A stretch of 53,509 nt of DNA, taken from NCBI GenBank assembly GCA_964576115.1, contig CAZNUA010000007.1:62001-115509 (forward strand). The letters are read 5' to 3'. This stretch comes from an uncultured Gemmatimonadota bacterium (GTDB taxonomy: Bacteria > Blakebacterota > Blakebacteria > Blakebacterales > Blakebacteraceae). The translations under genes and the position numbers were made by a program. Shown here in pieces: positions 44,304-53,509 of this stretch (the stretch's first letter is position 1; each line of letters begins with the position of its first letter). The notes beneath the pieces are model-generated. The model had not been told where the DNA came from, did no database searches, and saw only the letters and a list, made by a program, of their open reading frames with translations.

Positions 44304-47300
44304 ATGAGAGAAAACAGGCTCCGTGTACTCGCGTCGCTGGCCCTCATACTCGGGCTTCTCTCTCTTCCCGCCACCGCCGCCTTCGCCCAGACCGCCATCG
44401 ACACGGACGATCTCGACCAGATCAGCTGGCGTCATATCGGCCCGTGGACGTTCTCGGGGCGGATCAGTGCGATCTGCGTTCCCGACGGCCAGAACAAGGT
44501 CTGGTACATCGGCGCGGCATCGGGAGGGGTGTGGAAGAGCGTGGACCAGGGCGTCAGCTTCACCCCAATCTTCGAGGACTACGGCAACATGAGCATCGGC
44601 TACATCGCCGTGGCGCCCTCGGATCACAACATCATCTACGTGGCCACCGGAGAGGCGATGCACGCCCGCTCCTCGAGTCACGGCAACGGCGTGTTCAAGT
44701 CCACCGACGCCGGTGAGACCTGGACCCACCTGCCCGATCTGCGCAACAGCCACTACATCAACAAGGTGACTGTTCATCCCACCAACCCCGACGTCGTCTA
44801 CGTCGCCGCCGAAGGCAAGCTCTACAGCAACGAGATGGACTGCGAGCGCGGCATGTACAAGTCGACCGACGGCGGGGAGAGTTTCGCGCGTGTCTGGCCG
44901 CTCGATGACCGCGGGGTGGGCGATTTCGTCATGGATCCCACCAATCCCGACGTCATCATCGCCATGGCCTACAAGACCTACCGCCGGGCCTGGACCTTCA
45001 TCGACCGCCAGGAGGGCAACTGGCTCTACAAGACCAGCGACGGCGGCCGGACCTGGAAGCGTCTGGAGAACGGCCTGCCGCTCGAGGGCGCCTTCGGACG
45101 AGGCGGGCTGGCGATGTATCCGAAGGATCCAAGCATCGTCTACGCCCGTATCGATGAAGTCGTCAACCTGGGCATCGCCACGAATGTGCGGGGTTCAAAC
45201 CTCAACACCCGGCGCCCCTTCGCCGGAGGCTTCAGCTTCGAGGACTGGGCCGACTTCGAGATCAACCGCGACATGGCCCGGCTGGCCCGCCACCGCAAGG
45301 TCGAAGCCGATGATATCAACGCTCTCGCCCAGGCCCTGAACGAGCTGATCGAGAACGAGGAGTTCCTCTCCGACGCCCGCGTCGACATGCCCCGTTTCGT
45401 CGCCCGGGCCCGCGAGGTCTTCGCCGATGACGAGGCCATGATCACCTACTGCGACGAGATCGAAGAGGTCTGGGCGATGGATGCCGAGGAAGGTGGTCCC
45501 GGTCGGATCCAGGCCCTGAACCGCTTCGTTCTATCGTCTCTGTATGCCGGTGCGATCCCGCCCCAGCAGCCGCAGGAACGAGAGGGCGTGATATACAAGT
45601 CGACCGATCAGGGGGAGAGCTGGACCCTCATGACGGATTATACGCAGCAGCGCATGTCCAGCCTCAACCAGACCGAAGCCGGCTACTACGGCCGGCTCGA
45701 GGTCGACCCCAACGATCCCGACATTCTTTACGCCTGCAATACCAGCGTGGTGAAGTCGGTCGACGGCGGAGTGACCTTCCAGGGGTTGAACTGGTACCGC
45801 GGCATGAACAAGCTGCACGTCGACACCCGCGTGCTGTGGGTCGATCCGCTCGACTCCGACCACATCCTCAACGGCAATGACGGCGGGCTGGGCGAGACCT
45901 GGAACGGCGGCGACAACTGGCTGCAGAAGGACACCATCAGCGCCCAGCAGTTCTACGACATCAGTGTCGACGCCGAGTTCCCCTACAACGTCATGGGCGG
46001 CACCCAGGACAACGGCGCCTGGTTCGGCCCCTCGCGCAACCGGAACTCCTCCGGCGTCTTCCAGGGCGACTGGACCTACCTGCCCACCGGGGACGCCTAC
46101 TACGTGGTGCACGACTGGTGGAACCCGGAGTGGATCTACTTCGAGAGCCAGTTCGGATCCTCGAGCCGGATGAACATGGAGACCGGCCAGCGGTGGGGTC
46201 TGGCTCCGCGGGCCGAGCGGGGCGAGCCGGCCGAGCGCTACCAGTGGGATGCCCCGATCTTTCTCAGCCCCCACAATCCGGGGATCGTTTTCGTCACCTC
46301 CCAGCACGTCTGGCGGTCGATGACACGCGGCGAGCCGGGCTCCTTCGTACGGGTGAGCCCCGACCTGAGCCGGAACGATCCCGAGCGGCAGGCCGAATCC
46401 CGGATGACCAACCTGCAGTACGCCACCGTCTACACCTTCGCGGAATCAGCCGTGCAGGCCGGCGTGTACTGGGCCGGCACCGATGACGGCAACCTGCAGC
46501 TCAGCACCGATTTCGGCACCAGCTGGACCAACATCACCTGGCGCTTCTGGAACGAGGACGGCACGCCGAAGAGCGGTATCTCGGGTGACCGGATCCCCTT
46601 CGACCGCTGGGTCGTACGGGTGACCCCCAGCCAGCACGTGCTCGAGCGCTGCTACGTGGCCTTCTCGGGGTACCGGACCCACGATGAGGATACCACCTAC
46701 CTCTTCGTGACCGAGGACTTCGGGCAGACCTGGCGCGATCTGAGCGGCGGGATGATGAACAACGTCAACGACATCGTCGAGGACCCCGACAACCCCGACA
46801 TGCTCTACCTGGCCACCGACTATGGTCTGTTCGTGAGCTGGGACCGGGGCCAGAACTGGGTCAACATGTCCGAGAGCGCTCCCGACGTGATCATGTACGA
46901 TCTCGACATCCAGACCCGGGAGCGCGACCTGGCCATCGGTACTTACGGCCGCGGCATCTACATCGCCGATGTCTGGCCCTTCAAGGAGTTCTCGACCGAG
47001 ACCTTCGCCAAGGAGGTACACCTCTTCGAACCCCAGCGGGTCATCGACTGGGCGTGGATCACGCAGGGCGGACCCAGTTACGGTGAGTTCGCCTACGCAT
47101 CGAACCCGTCGACCGAGGCCAAGATCTACTACTACCTGAAGAACGAGGTCGAGTCGGCCAGCCTCGATATCTACACCCTCGAGGGCGAACAACTCGCTTC
47201 TGCGCGCATCCAGGGCGCCACCTCGGCCGGTCTGCACCTGGGCACCTGGAATCTGCGGATCACCCCGCAGCCGGGGGCCGGCGGTGCCCGTCAGTTTGCC

Positions 47301-47438
47301 GGGGGCGGACGCGGTTTCGGCAGCCGCTCGGCCGAACCGGGGACATACAAGGTGGTCCTCATGGTCAACGGGGAGGAGGCGGCCAGCCACTACCTGCGGA
47401 TCGTGCTCGATCCAGTCCTGAACCCCGACAAGCCGTGA
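44304..47438 (+). CDS. Exported VPS10/sortilin-like (BNR/Asp-box) beta-propeller protein, GH74-like, with a large insertion
   Basis: WRHIGP..SGRI, repeated SxDxGxxW/F boxes, LHVDTR, GGTQDNG, RYQWDAP, WAGTDDG, GTYGRG. Confidence 0.88.
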   Translation: MRENRLRVLASLALILGLLSLPATAAFAQTAIDTDDLDQISWRHIGPWTFSGRISAICVPDGQNKVWYIGAASGGVWKSVDQGVSFTPIFEDYGNMSIGYIAVAPSDHNIIYVATGEAMHARSSSHGNGVFKSTDAGETWTHLPDLRNSHYINKVTVHPTNPDVVYVAAEGKLYSNEMDCERGMYKSTDGGESFARVWPLDDRGVGDFVMDPTNPDVIIAMAYKTYRRAWTFIDRQEGNWLYKTSDGGRTWKRLENGLPLEGAFGRGGLAMYPKDPSIVYARIDEVVNLGIATNVRGSNLNTRRPFAGGFSFEDWADFEINRDMARLARHRKVEADDINALAQALNELIENEEFLSDARVDMPRFVARAREVFADDEAMITYCDEIEEVWAMDAEEGGPGRIQALNRFVLSSLYAGAIPPQQPQEREGVIYKSTDQGESWTLMTDYTQQRMSSLNQTEAGYYGRLEVDPNDPDILYACNTSVVKSVDGGVTFQGLNWYRGMNKLHVDTRVLWVDPLDSDHILNGNDGGLGETWNGGDNWLQKDTISAQQFYDISVDAEFPYNVMGGTQDNGAWFGPSRNRNSSGVFQGDWTYLPTGDAYYVVHDWWNPEWIYFESQFGSSSRMNMETGQRWGLAPRAERGEPAERYQWDAPIFLSPHNPGIVFVTSQHVWRSMTRGEPGSFVRVSPDLSRNDPERQAESRMTNLQYATVYTFAESAVQAGVYWAGTDDGNLQLSTDFGTSWTNITWRFWNEDGTPKSGISGDRIPFDRWVVRVTPSQHVLERCYVAFSGYRTHDEDTTYLFVTEDFGQTWRDLSGGMMNNVNDIVEDPDNPDMLYLATDYGLFVSWDRGQNWVNMSESAPDVIMYDLDIQTRERDLAIGTYGRGIYIADVWPFKEFSTETFAKEVHLFEPQRVIDWAWITQGGPSYGEFAYASNPSTEAKIYYYLKNEVESASLDIYTLEGEQLASARIQGATSAGLHLGTWNLRITPQPGAGGARQFAGGGRGFGSRSAEPGTYKVVLMVNGEEAASHYLRIVLDPVLNPDKP

Positions 47439-47470
47439 GATAACACGGCGTGCCATCCCGGCATCACCAG

Positions 47471-47512
47471 CGGGAGCGTTCCCTCATCGCGGGGAGCGCT
47501 CCCGTTTTCTTT
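47471..47512 (+). terminator. Rho-independent terminator
   Basis: Stem CGGGAGCGTTCCC...GGGAGCGCTCCCG followed by TTTTCTTT. Confidence 0.8.
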
Positions 47513-47576
47513 GACCGGTCCCGTCCCCGGCTGCTTCCCGACCGCGTACCGATCGTGTCCCGATTCTCTGCGGCGA

Positions 47577-47610
47577 TTTCCGGCAATAGACCCCGTCTCC
47601 CGTGCGACCC
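47577..47610 (+). promoter_or_regulatory. Putative autoregulatory ECF promoter TTTCCGGCAAtAGA-N14-CGACCC
   Basis: Lies directly upstream of the sigma gene. A near-identical copy sits at 20575-20608 on the minus strand. Confidence 0.65.
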
Positions 47611-47631
47611 TGCTGTGGAAAGGGCACGACG

Positions 47632-48177
47632 ATGACGGCAGAGACAGCACAGATAGCGGGGCTGTTCAGCAGCTGGGGGGCGAAGATGCGGGCCTGGGCC
47701 GACCGCCTGCTCGGTTCGGCCGACGCCGCCGACGACATCGTCCAGGAGGTGATGCTGGGCCTGCTGAGAGCCCCGCATGTGCTGGCCGGGATCGAGAATC
47801 CCGGCGCCTGGCTCTATACCATCGTGCGGCGCAGGTGTGTCGACGAGATCCGGCGCAGTTCGCGGCGCCGCGAGGTCGAAGCCGGGGATGAACTCGCAGA
47901 ACTCTTCGGGGGTGAACTGGCAGAAACAGACGCGGTGGAGGAAGAGGAGTTCCTCGCAGCCGTCATCGCCGCCGTGGAGCGACTGCCCGGTCCGCTCCGG
48001 CAGGTCTTCATCGGCCACGTGCTCGAAGAGCGAACCTATCGGGAGATGAGCGCGGCCTCGGGGGTGCCGATGGGCACCCTCATGGCCCGCAAGAAACGCG
48101 CCGTCGACCTGATACGGATCGAACTGAAGCGCACCGGCTGGATCCCGACAGATGGGTACCGGCCCGGTACGACGTAG
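47632..48177 (+). CDS. ECF RNA polymerase sigma-70 factor
   Basis: AADDIVQEVML...AWLYTIVRRRCVD and LPGPLRQVF...TYREMSAASGVPMGTLMARKKRAV. Confidence 0.92.
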   Translation: MTAETAQIAGLFSSWGAKMRAWADRLLGSADAADDIVQEVMLGLLRAPHVLAGIENPGAWLYTIVRRRCVDEIRRSSRRREVEAGDELAELFGGELAETDAVEEEEFLAAVIAAVERLPGPLRQVFIGHVLEERTYREMSAASGVPMGTLMARKKRAVDLIRIELKRTGWIPTDGYRPGTT

Positions 48178-48224
48178 AGACACCGCGCCGCACCAGCGGC
48201 GGGATTGTGAGGGGAGCGAGAACG

Positions 48225-48581
48225 ATGCACGGACGATCGGCACTCAGGATCGGAGGCTGGGTTCTGCTGGGAGTCGCCGGCGCGGCGGCACTGGGGCTCG
48301 TGCTAGGCCTGGTCATCATGTGGCTCTGGAACTGGCTGATGCCGGGGATCTTCGGTCTGCCGACGATCACCTACTGGCAGGCGGTGGGGATCTTTATTCT
48401 CTGCCACCTGCTCTTCAAGGGCCACCCCGGCCACGGCAGGAAAGATGAAAAAGGCGAGCGAGGGCGCTTTCCGCACGGTCCCCGCGTCGGGCACTTCCGC
48501 GAGCGGTTGCGCGACCACTTCCACGAGACGACGTCCGGCGAGGACAGCGCGGAACCGACCGGGGAATCCGGCACGCTGTAA
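48225..48581 (+). CDS. Small membrane protein of the LWNWLMP type, likely the ECF partner
   Basis: VIMWLWNWLMPGIFGLPTITYWQAVGIFILCHLLF, followed by a His/Arg-rich tail. Confidence 0.75.
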   Translation: MHGRSALRIGGWVLLGVAGAAALGLVLGLVIMWLWNWLMPGIFGLPTITYWQAVGIFILCHLLFKGHPGHGRKDEKGERGRFPHGPRVGHFRERLRDHFHETTSGEDSAEPTGESGTL

Positions 48582-48603
48582 ACCCGAACCCGTCAACGAC
48601 ACT

Positions 48604-48646
48604 CGAGCCCGTTCCTGAACACAGGGACGGGCTCGCTTTCTTTTTC
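48604..48646 (+). terminator. Rho-independent terminator
   Basis: CGAGCCCGTTCCTG-AACA-CAGGGACGGGCTCG followed by CTTTCTTTTT. Confidence 0.85.
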
Positions 48647-48837
48647 ACGACCTTTCCCCGTTTCCCGGGGAGATATCACACGACCCTGACGGACAGGTAT
48701 TTCCCTGTATCTGACCGACCGCGATGCGAGAAGGGGATTGGTGTTCACCCAGGCAAGGCTTAGGATACCGTCGGGATACGCAACCACCGGTTTCATCATG
48801 AACCGATCTGCAATCCTGCCAGGTGGAGAATTCCGGG

Positions 48838-50730
48838 ATGTCTGAATACAGGACGATTGTCGAAAATCTGTCCAACCCCGTCGTCATCTTCACCCTCGAG
48901 GGCCGGATCAAGGAGGTGAATCCGGCTGCCTGCTCGTTCTACGGCTACGAACGTACCGAACTTCTCGCGTCCACCCTCTACGACCTGGTCAGCCCCGAAC
49001 AGCATGCGATTGTCGAAAGCACTCTGCGTCGAGTGACAGACGGGGAGAGCTTCTTCCTGATGAACGAGGATCGCAATCAGACCGGCGAGGTCCTGTATAT
49101 AGAGGTTTCTCTGGCACCGCTTACCTTCAAAGACGAAGCCTGCGGGATTGGGATCGTCCGCGATATCACCGAACGGCACGAAAGAGAGCGCATCCTGCAG
49201 GAGCGCACCCTTGCTCTGGCCGAACGGATCAAGGAACTGAAGACGCTTTATAGTTTCGCCGATCTCGCCCGACGCAGGGGAATCTCGATCGACGAGCTGC
49301 TGCAGAGCACGGTCGAACTCATCCCCTCCGGCTGGCAGTATCCCGAGCGGACGACGGCCCGGATCGTCTTCGGTGACCGGAGCTATCTCTCATCGGGGTT
49401 CCGGGAATCGGAGCTGGCTCTGCACCAGGAAATCACCCTCGACGGCGAGAAAGCTGGCCGCATCGACGTTTTCCTGGTCGATCACGAGCCCGACCGAAAC
49501 GGCGAGCCTTTTCTGGACGAGGAAAAGGCTCTGCTCGAAGCCCTGGCGGTGCAGATCTCCCGAACCGTTCAGCAGAGCGAGTCGGTCGAACAGTTGCAGA
49601 GATACGAACAGATCGTCGATTCGGCCCACGATCTGATGTCTCTGCGCGACAGAGAATATCGCCATCTGGCAGTCAACGAAGCCTACCTCGAGGCCTTCGA
49701 GAGCAGTCGAGACCGGATCGTGGGACAGACCACCGCCGACCTGTTCGGGCAAGACATATTCGAAGAAAAAATCCGACCTCATTTCGACCGCTGTCTGGCC
49801 GGTGAAGCCTCAAGGTTCGAAGCGTGGTTTGACCTGCCCGGCCGGGGCCGGTGCTATCTCGAGGAAGCATATTACCCCTATACCGCTCCTGACGGCGAGA
49901 TAGTCGGAGTCGTGACCAACTCCCGCGACCTGACCCAATGGAAGATCGATCAAGATGAGCGGCGGCGTCTTGAGGAACGTCTGGAACAAGCCCGAAAACT
50001 GGAGAGCATCGGTGTACTGGCGGGAGGTATCGCCCACGAGTTCAACAACCTGCTCACCGGGGTGATGGGCAATGCCGATATGGCCCGTAGCATGCTGCAA
50101 TCCTCATCTCCCATCTACTCGTACCTCGAACGGATCGTGGCTTCATCCCGCCGGGCTGCCGATCTGGTCAGCCAGATGCTGGCATATTCCGGAGCCGGAC
50201 AGTTTCTGGTTCAGGAGATCGACCTGTCCGAACTCATCATCGAGATGAAGGCGACAATCGATACGATCGTTCCCGAGGGAGTCACTCTCGATCTGCATCT
50301 CGCCGATGATCTGCCGGTCCTCGAGGCCGATCCGGCCCAGATCCGTCAGCTCGTGAAGAACCTTGTGACCAACGCCACGGAAGCCCTGGATGGTGGGCAG
50401 GGCACCGTGACGATCAGCGCCGGGATGATGACTCTCGGTCGCAACATCGATCTGTCGGACTGGGCGGGTCCCGGCGATGCCCTGCCCGAAGGACCGGCTC
50501 TCTATCTCGAAGTGGCCGATACCGGCGAGGGAATGAACGAGAAAATCCTGACCCGGGTTTTCGAACCTTTCTTCAGTACCCGTTTCGCCGGTCGCGGGCT
50601 GGGTCTGTCGGCCGTGCTGGGAATCATGCATGGTCACGGCGGGTCAGTCTTCATCCTCAGCCACCCCGGCGAAGGAACCCGGGTGCGGGCCGTCTTTCCC
50701 CTGCCCGGCGGTCCCGATGAGGATAAATAG
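48838..50730 (+). CDS. Cytoplasmic PAS/GAF-like sensor histidine kinase without a receiver domain
   Basis: PAS (VNPAAC..YGY...RDITER), GAF-like IPSGWQYP segment, second PAS. H-box AGGIAHEFNNLL, N-box NLVTNA, DTGEGM, FEPFFST, GRGLGL. Confidence 0.92.
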   Translation: MSEYRTIVENLSNPVVIFTLEGRIKEVNPAACSFYGYERTELLASTLYDLVSPEQHAIVESTLRRVTDGESFFLMNEDRNQTGEVLYIEVSLAPLTFKDEACGIGIVRDITERHERERILQERTLALAERIKELKTLYSFADLARRRGISIDELLQSTVELIPSGWQYPERTTARIVFGDRSYLSSGFRESELALHQEITLDGEKAGRIDVFLVDHEPDRNGEPFLDEEKALLEALAVQISRTVQQSESVEQLQRYEQIVDSAHDLMSLRDREYRHLAVNEAYLEAFESSRDRIVGQTTADLFGQDIFEEKIRPHFDRCLAGEASRFEAWFDLPGRGRCYLEEAYYPYTAPDGEIVGVVTNSRDLTQWKIDQDERRRLEERLEQARKLESIGVLAGGIAHEFNNLLTGVMGNADMARSMLQSSSPIYSYLERIVASSRRAADLVSQMLAYSGAGQFLVQEIDLSELIIEMKATIDTIVPEGVTLDLHLADDLPVLEADPAQIRQLVKNLVTNATEALDGGQGTVTISAGMMTLGRNIDLSDWAGPGDALPEGPALYLEVADTGEGMNEKILTRVFEPFFSTRFAGRGLGLSAVLGIMHGHGGSVFILSHPGEGTRVRAVFPLPGGPDEDK

Positions 50731-50751
50731 GATGACGAAACGACCGCCAAT

Positions 50752-53259
50752 TCACTCCTGCCGCAGGCTGTCGACCGGATCGACCCGGGTCGCCCGCTGA
50801 CTGGGTACGATCCCGGCAGTCAGGGCTGCCAGAACGAGCACGAACACCGCCGCAGCCAGCACCGGAGCATCGAAGAAAGACACCCCGTAGAGCTGGGATT
50901 CCGCGAATTTGGCCAGGACCAGTGAGAGCGGGATCCCGATCACGAGCCCGATAGCGAGCAGGCGAAGCAGGTCCCGCATGACCAGCGATCGGACCTTTCC
51001 CCGGTCGGCCCCCAGGGCCATGCGGATCCCGATCTCCCGCACCCTCTGGGCGACCGAATAGGCCATCACTCCGTAGAGCCCCATCATGGCCAGCACCGTC
51101 GCCAGCAGGGCGAAGAGAGCCGAGAGCTGCATGACGATCCGGTCGGCCATGATGTTCTCACGGACCTGTTCGCGCATCGTCCAGAGATTCTCCAGGGGCA
51201 GGTCGGGATCGATCGTCATCATGACGCGACGCAGCTCGGGTATGACCTCATCGGCCGGCAGGGCCGAGCGCACGTAGAAGGACATGTCGTTGAGCTGTCC
51301 GAGCTGGGACCAGGGCAGGTAGAAAAGACGGGGCGGATCCTGGCGCACGCTCGAGTACTGGGTATCCCGGACCAGGCCCACGATCTCGATGTCGAGTTCG
51401 ACATCATCCCCCCAGGCCTGGGCAAATCTCTTCCCCAGCGGGTTCTCCCCGGCGCAGAAGTGATCGGTCCAGGTCTGGTTCACGACCGCCACCTGCGGGG
51501 CGTCGGCTCCGTCCGCGGTGGTGAACTCGCGCCCGGCCAGCAGGGCGATACCCATGTTCGAGAAGAAGTCCGGGCTGATCATGTTCAGGTTGGAATGGGA
51601 GTCGACATCGGGGCCCCCGCCGAAGTCCTCCACCGTGAGGGAACTCCCCCAGTTACTGTTGCTTATCAGGGGCACCACCGAGGAGGAAACGACCCTGACT
51701 CCCGGTATGGCTGCCAGTTCGGTTTCCATCCGCTCGTAGAGAGTGCGGATCCGCTCCTGGGAGTAGCCGTTCTGATCGGGCGCGACCCGGAAGGTCACCA
51801 TGTCGTCGATCGGCATCCCCAGATCCACGTTGAGCAGATTCGAGAGACTGCGGGTGAAGAGTCCGGTCGGCATGAGCAGAACGATCGATACCATCACCTG
51901 GGCGGCGACCAGGGCTCGGCGAACCCGGGAGGCTCCCCGGCCGGTCGAACCTCGTCCCGATCCGTCGCCCAGGCTGGCGATGACATCGCGGCGGGAGGCT
52001 TCCCAGGCCGGATAGAAACCGAGCAGGAGACCGGTGATCGTCACCAGCCCGATGCCGAAGAAGAGGACCGGCAACTGCAGGCGGGTGGTCAGAAAGTACC
52101 CGGAGATATCGGATCCGCCGATCCAGCCGATGATCAGCGAGAGCGTCCACGATCCCAGCAGCAGGCCGACGAGGCCGCCGGCCAGAGCCAGCATCAGAGC
52201 TTCCGAGAGGAGCTGGACCATCAGGTGGCGACGGCCCGCCCCGAGAGCCACCCGTACCCCCAGCTCGCGACGCCTCATGGCCGAGCGGGCCAGGAGCAGA
52301 TTGGTGGCGTTAGCCATGGCTATGAACAACACCAGCACCGTAGCCGCCATGAGGATCTGCAGGGGGGCGCGGGCGCCGTCACGGAAACTGCTGTTCCCCT
52401 GCCGGCCCGGTTCCAGTGCCAGCCGGGACTCCCGGAACCGCTGGAGGTACTCCTCATCCCGACCTTCCACCGTTGCGGCCTGTTCTTCGACCAGCCCGGC
52501 GTAACGACCGTTGAGAGCCGCGAGTGCCTGTTCGCGGGTCACGCCCGGGGCAAGTCGACCGAAGAGATAGAGCCAGTAATCCCTGTAGTTGTCGGTCCCG
52601 TCCCAGCCCGGGGTCATGAGTGGTTTGAAAGCCAGGGGGATATAGACATCGGGGGCATTCCCAAGTGTCAGGCCGGTGAAGGTCGGCGGCGTCACCCCGA
52701 CGATGGTGAAGGAGTGGCCGTTGACCTTCATGGCCGTGTTCAGGACCAGAGGATCTCCGCCCAGCTGGTCCTGCCAGTAGCCGTACCCCAGCACGACCAC
52801 GGGGTTGCCGGCCCCGTCGACGTCATCCTGCGGAGTGAGGTAACGTCCGAGAGCGGGTTGAACCCCCAGGGCTGGAAAGTACGCTCCCGAGACGATCAGC
52901 AACGCCCCGCTCGTCGTCCCCGCTTCGGTCGCCAGGTTGGCTCCCACACTCCGGAAGGCGGCCAGTTCGATTGCACCCTCACCCGCTGTTTCCAGTTCCC
53001 GGAAGACCGGATAGCTGAAGATGTACTCGAGTTCGCCGGCATCGTTCATCGACTGCCGCCCGCCCTTGAAATCGCGCGGTGAGGTCAGGAGTACCAGCTC
53101 TCCCGGCTCGGGCACCGGCAGTGGTTTGAGCAGGATCTGATGCATCAGGCTGAAGATGGCGGTGTTGCTGCCGATACCCAGACCGAGCGAGAAGACCACC
53201 ACCAGGGTCACGAGCGGGGTACGGGTCAGGGAACGGAAGGCGGTACGCAGCAGGGTCAT
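50752..53259 (-). CDS. ADOP-type ABC permease (835 aa)
   Basis: Motifs SLGLGIGSNTAIFS, IAMANATNLLLAR, GLYGVMAYSVAQRVREIGIRMALGA, DPVDSLRQE. Confidence 0.93.
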   Translation of the reverse strand: MTLLRTAFRSLTRTPLVTLVVVFSLGLGIGSNTAIFSLMHQILLKPLPVPEPGELVLLTSPRDFKGGRQSMNDAGELEYIFSYPVFRELETAGEGAIELAAFRSVGANLATEAGTTSGALLIVSGAYFPALGVQPALGRYLTPQDDVDGAGNPVVVLGYGYWQDQLGGDPLVLNTAMKVNGHSFTIVGVTPPTFTGLTLGNAPDVYIPLAFKPLMTPGWDGTDNYRDYWLYLFGRLAPGVTREQALAALNGRYAGLVEEQAATVEGRDEEYLQRFRESRLALEPGRQGNSSFRDGARAPLQILMAATVLVLFIAMANATNLLLARSAMRRRELGVRVALGAGRRHLMVQLLSEALMLALAGGLVGLLLGSWTLSLIIGWIGGSDISGYFLTTRLQLPVLFFGIGLVTITGLLLGFYPAWEASRRDVIASLGDGSGRGSTGRGASRVRRALVAAQVMVSIVLLMPTGLFTRSLSNLLNVDLGMPIDDMVTFRVAPDQNGYSQERIRTLYERMETELAAIPGVRVVSSSVVPLISNSNWGSSLTVEDFGGGPDVDSHSNLNMISPDFFSNMGIALLAGREFTTADGADAPQVAVVNQTWTDHFCAGENPLGKRFAQAWGDDVELDIEIVGLVRDTQYSSVRQDPPRLFYLPWSQLGQLNDMSFYVRSALPADEVIPELRRVMMTIDPDLPLENLWTMREQVRENIMADRIVMQLSALFALLATVLAMMGLYGVMAYSVAQRVREIGIRMALGADRGKVRSLVMRDLLRLLAIGLVIGIPLSLVLAKFAESQLYGVSFFDAPVLAAAVFVLVLAALTAGIVPSQRATRVDPVDSLRQE

Positions 53260-53293
53260 GACCTACCTTTCCGGGTGCGGGGTTCTCTTTCTT

Positions 53294-53321
53294 GAACGAT
53301 CAGATCCCGGGTGACGTTGCT
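53294..53321 (-). promoter_or_regulatory. ECF-sigma-type promoter AGCAAC-N17-CGTTC
   Basis: Read on the minus strand, upstream of the ADOP start at 53259. Confidence 0.5.
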
Positions 53322-53420
53322 CGAAAACAGGATCATTCAAGGCGCAAGAATCTGCAATCACCAGTTCGTGTCATAGAGACTACGGACGAGTGTCCTTTCC
53401 GGCAGTGAGACCGTTCGGGC

Positions 53421-53509
53421 TTACCTGCCGGGCCAGGTGAAACCGGCCGGACGCGGGCGGATCCGCCAGACGGTGTAGTCCTCCCGCCCGGAGTCGGGAT
53501 CGCTCACGA
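53421..53509 (-). CDS. 3' end of a probable six-bladed beta-propeller gene, truncated by the window edge
   Basis: VSDPDSGREDYTVWRIRPRPAGFTWPGR* resembles the C-terminus of the 30660 protein (NSETGEPVPTLYRLIPQAEGFIYP). Confidence 0.55.
   Translation of the reverse strand, partial: VSDPDSGREDYTVWRIRPRPAGFTWPGR

Noticed and set aside
48647-48837. Intergenic region with several short hairpins, considered as a riboswitch or sRNA
   Set aside because: I could not recognise a conserved RNA motif, and the stems are short enough to arise by chance.
1-53509. CRISPR arrays, tRNA/rRNA, IS or integrase, prophage or defence genes
   Set aside because: No regularly spaced repeats, cloverleafs, terminal inverted repeats or such protein motifs were seen by eye. 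Intergenic spaces are short.

Overview
High-GC bacterial genomic window, densely coding. I found no rRNA, tRNA, CRISPR array or transposase/integrase. The gene content resembles Gemmatimonadota/Acidobacteriota-like lineages (inference): several ADOP-type orphan ABC permeases, beta-propeller exported proteins, a BlaI/M56-HEAT pair, two ECF sigma factors, and many exported peptidases and glycosidases. Main points: (1) an AmmeMemoRadiSam operon (M14/AstE hydrolase, Memo-AMMECR1 fusion, DUF362, radical SAM) in which both the Memo-AMMECR1 fusion and the radical SAM enzyme carry twin-arginine signal peptides. It converges on a catalytically degenerate spermidine-synthase-like membrane protein and a methyltransferase. 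(2) A regulatory layer not visible in the ORF track: a recurrent AAC-N16/17-CG ECF-type promoter in front of ADOP and other envelope genes; a second promoter shared by the 47.6-kb ECF sigma gene and the methyltransferase 27 kb away; two TGT(G/T)A-N6-TCACA boxes around the blaI locus; and AT-rich palindromes. (3) Gene remnants: a collapsed padR-ADOP operon with an in-frame mini-ADOP, and a sugar epimerase fragment after xylB. All family calls come from motifs I recognised by eye; no database search was run.
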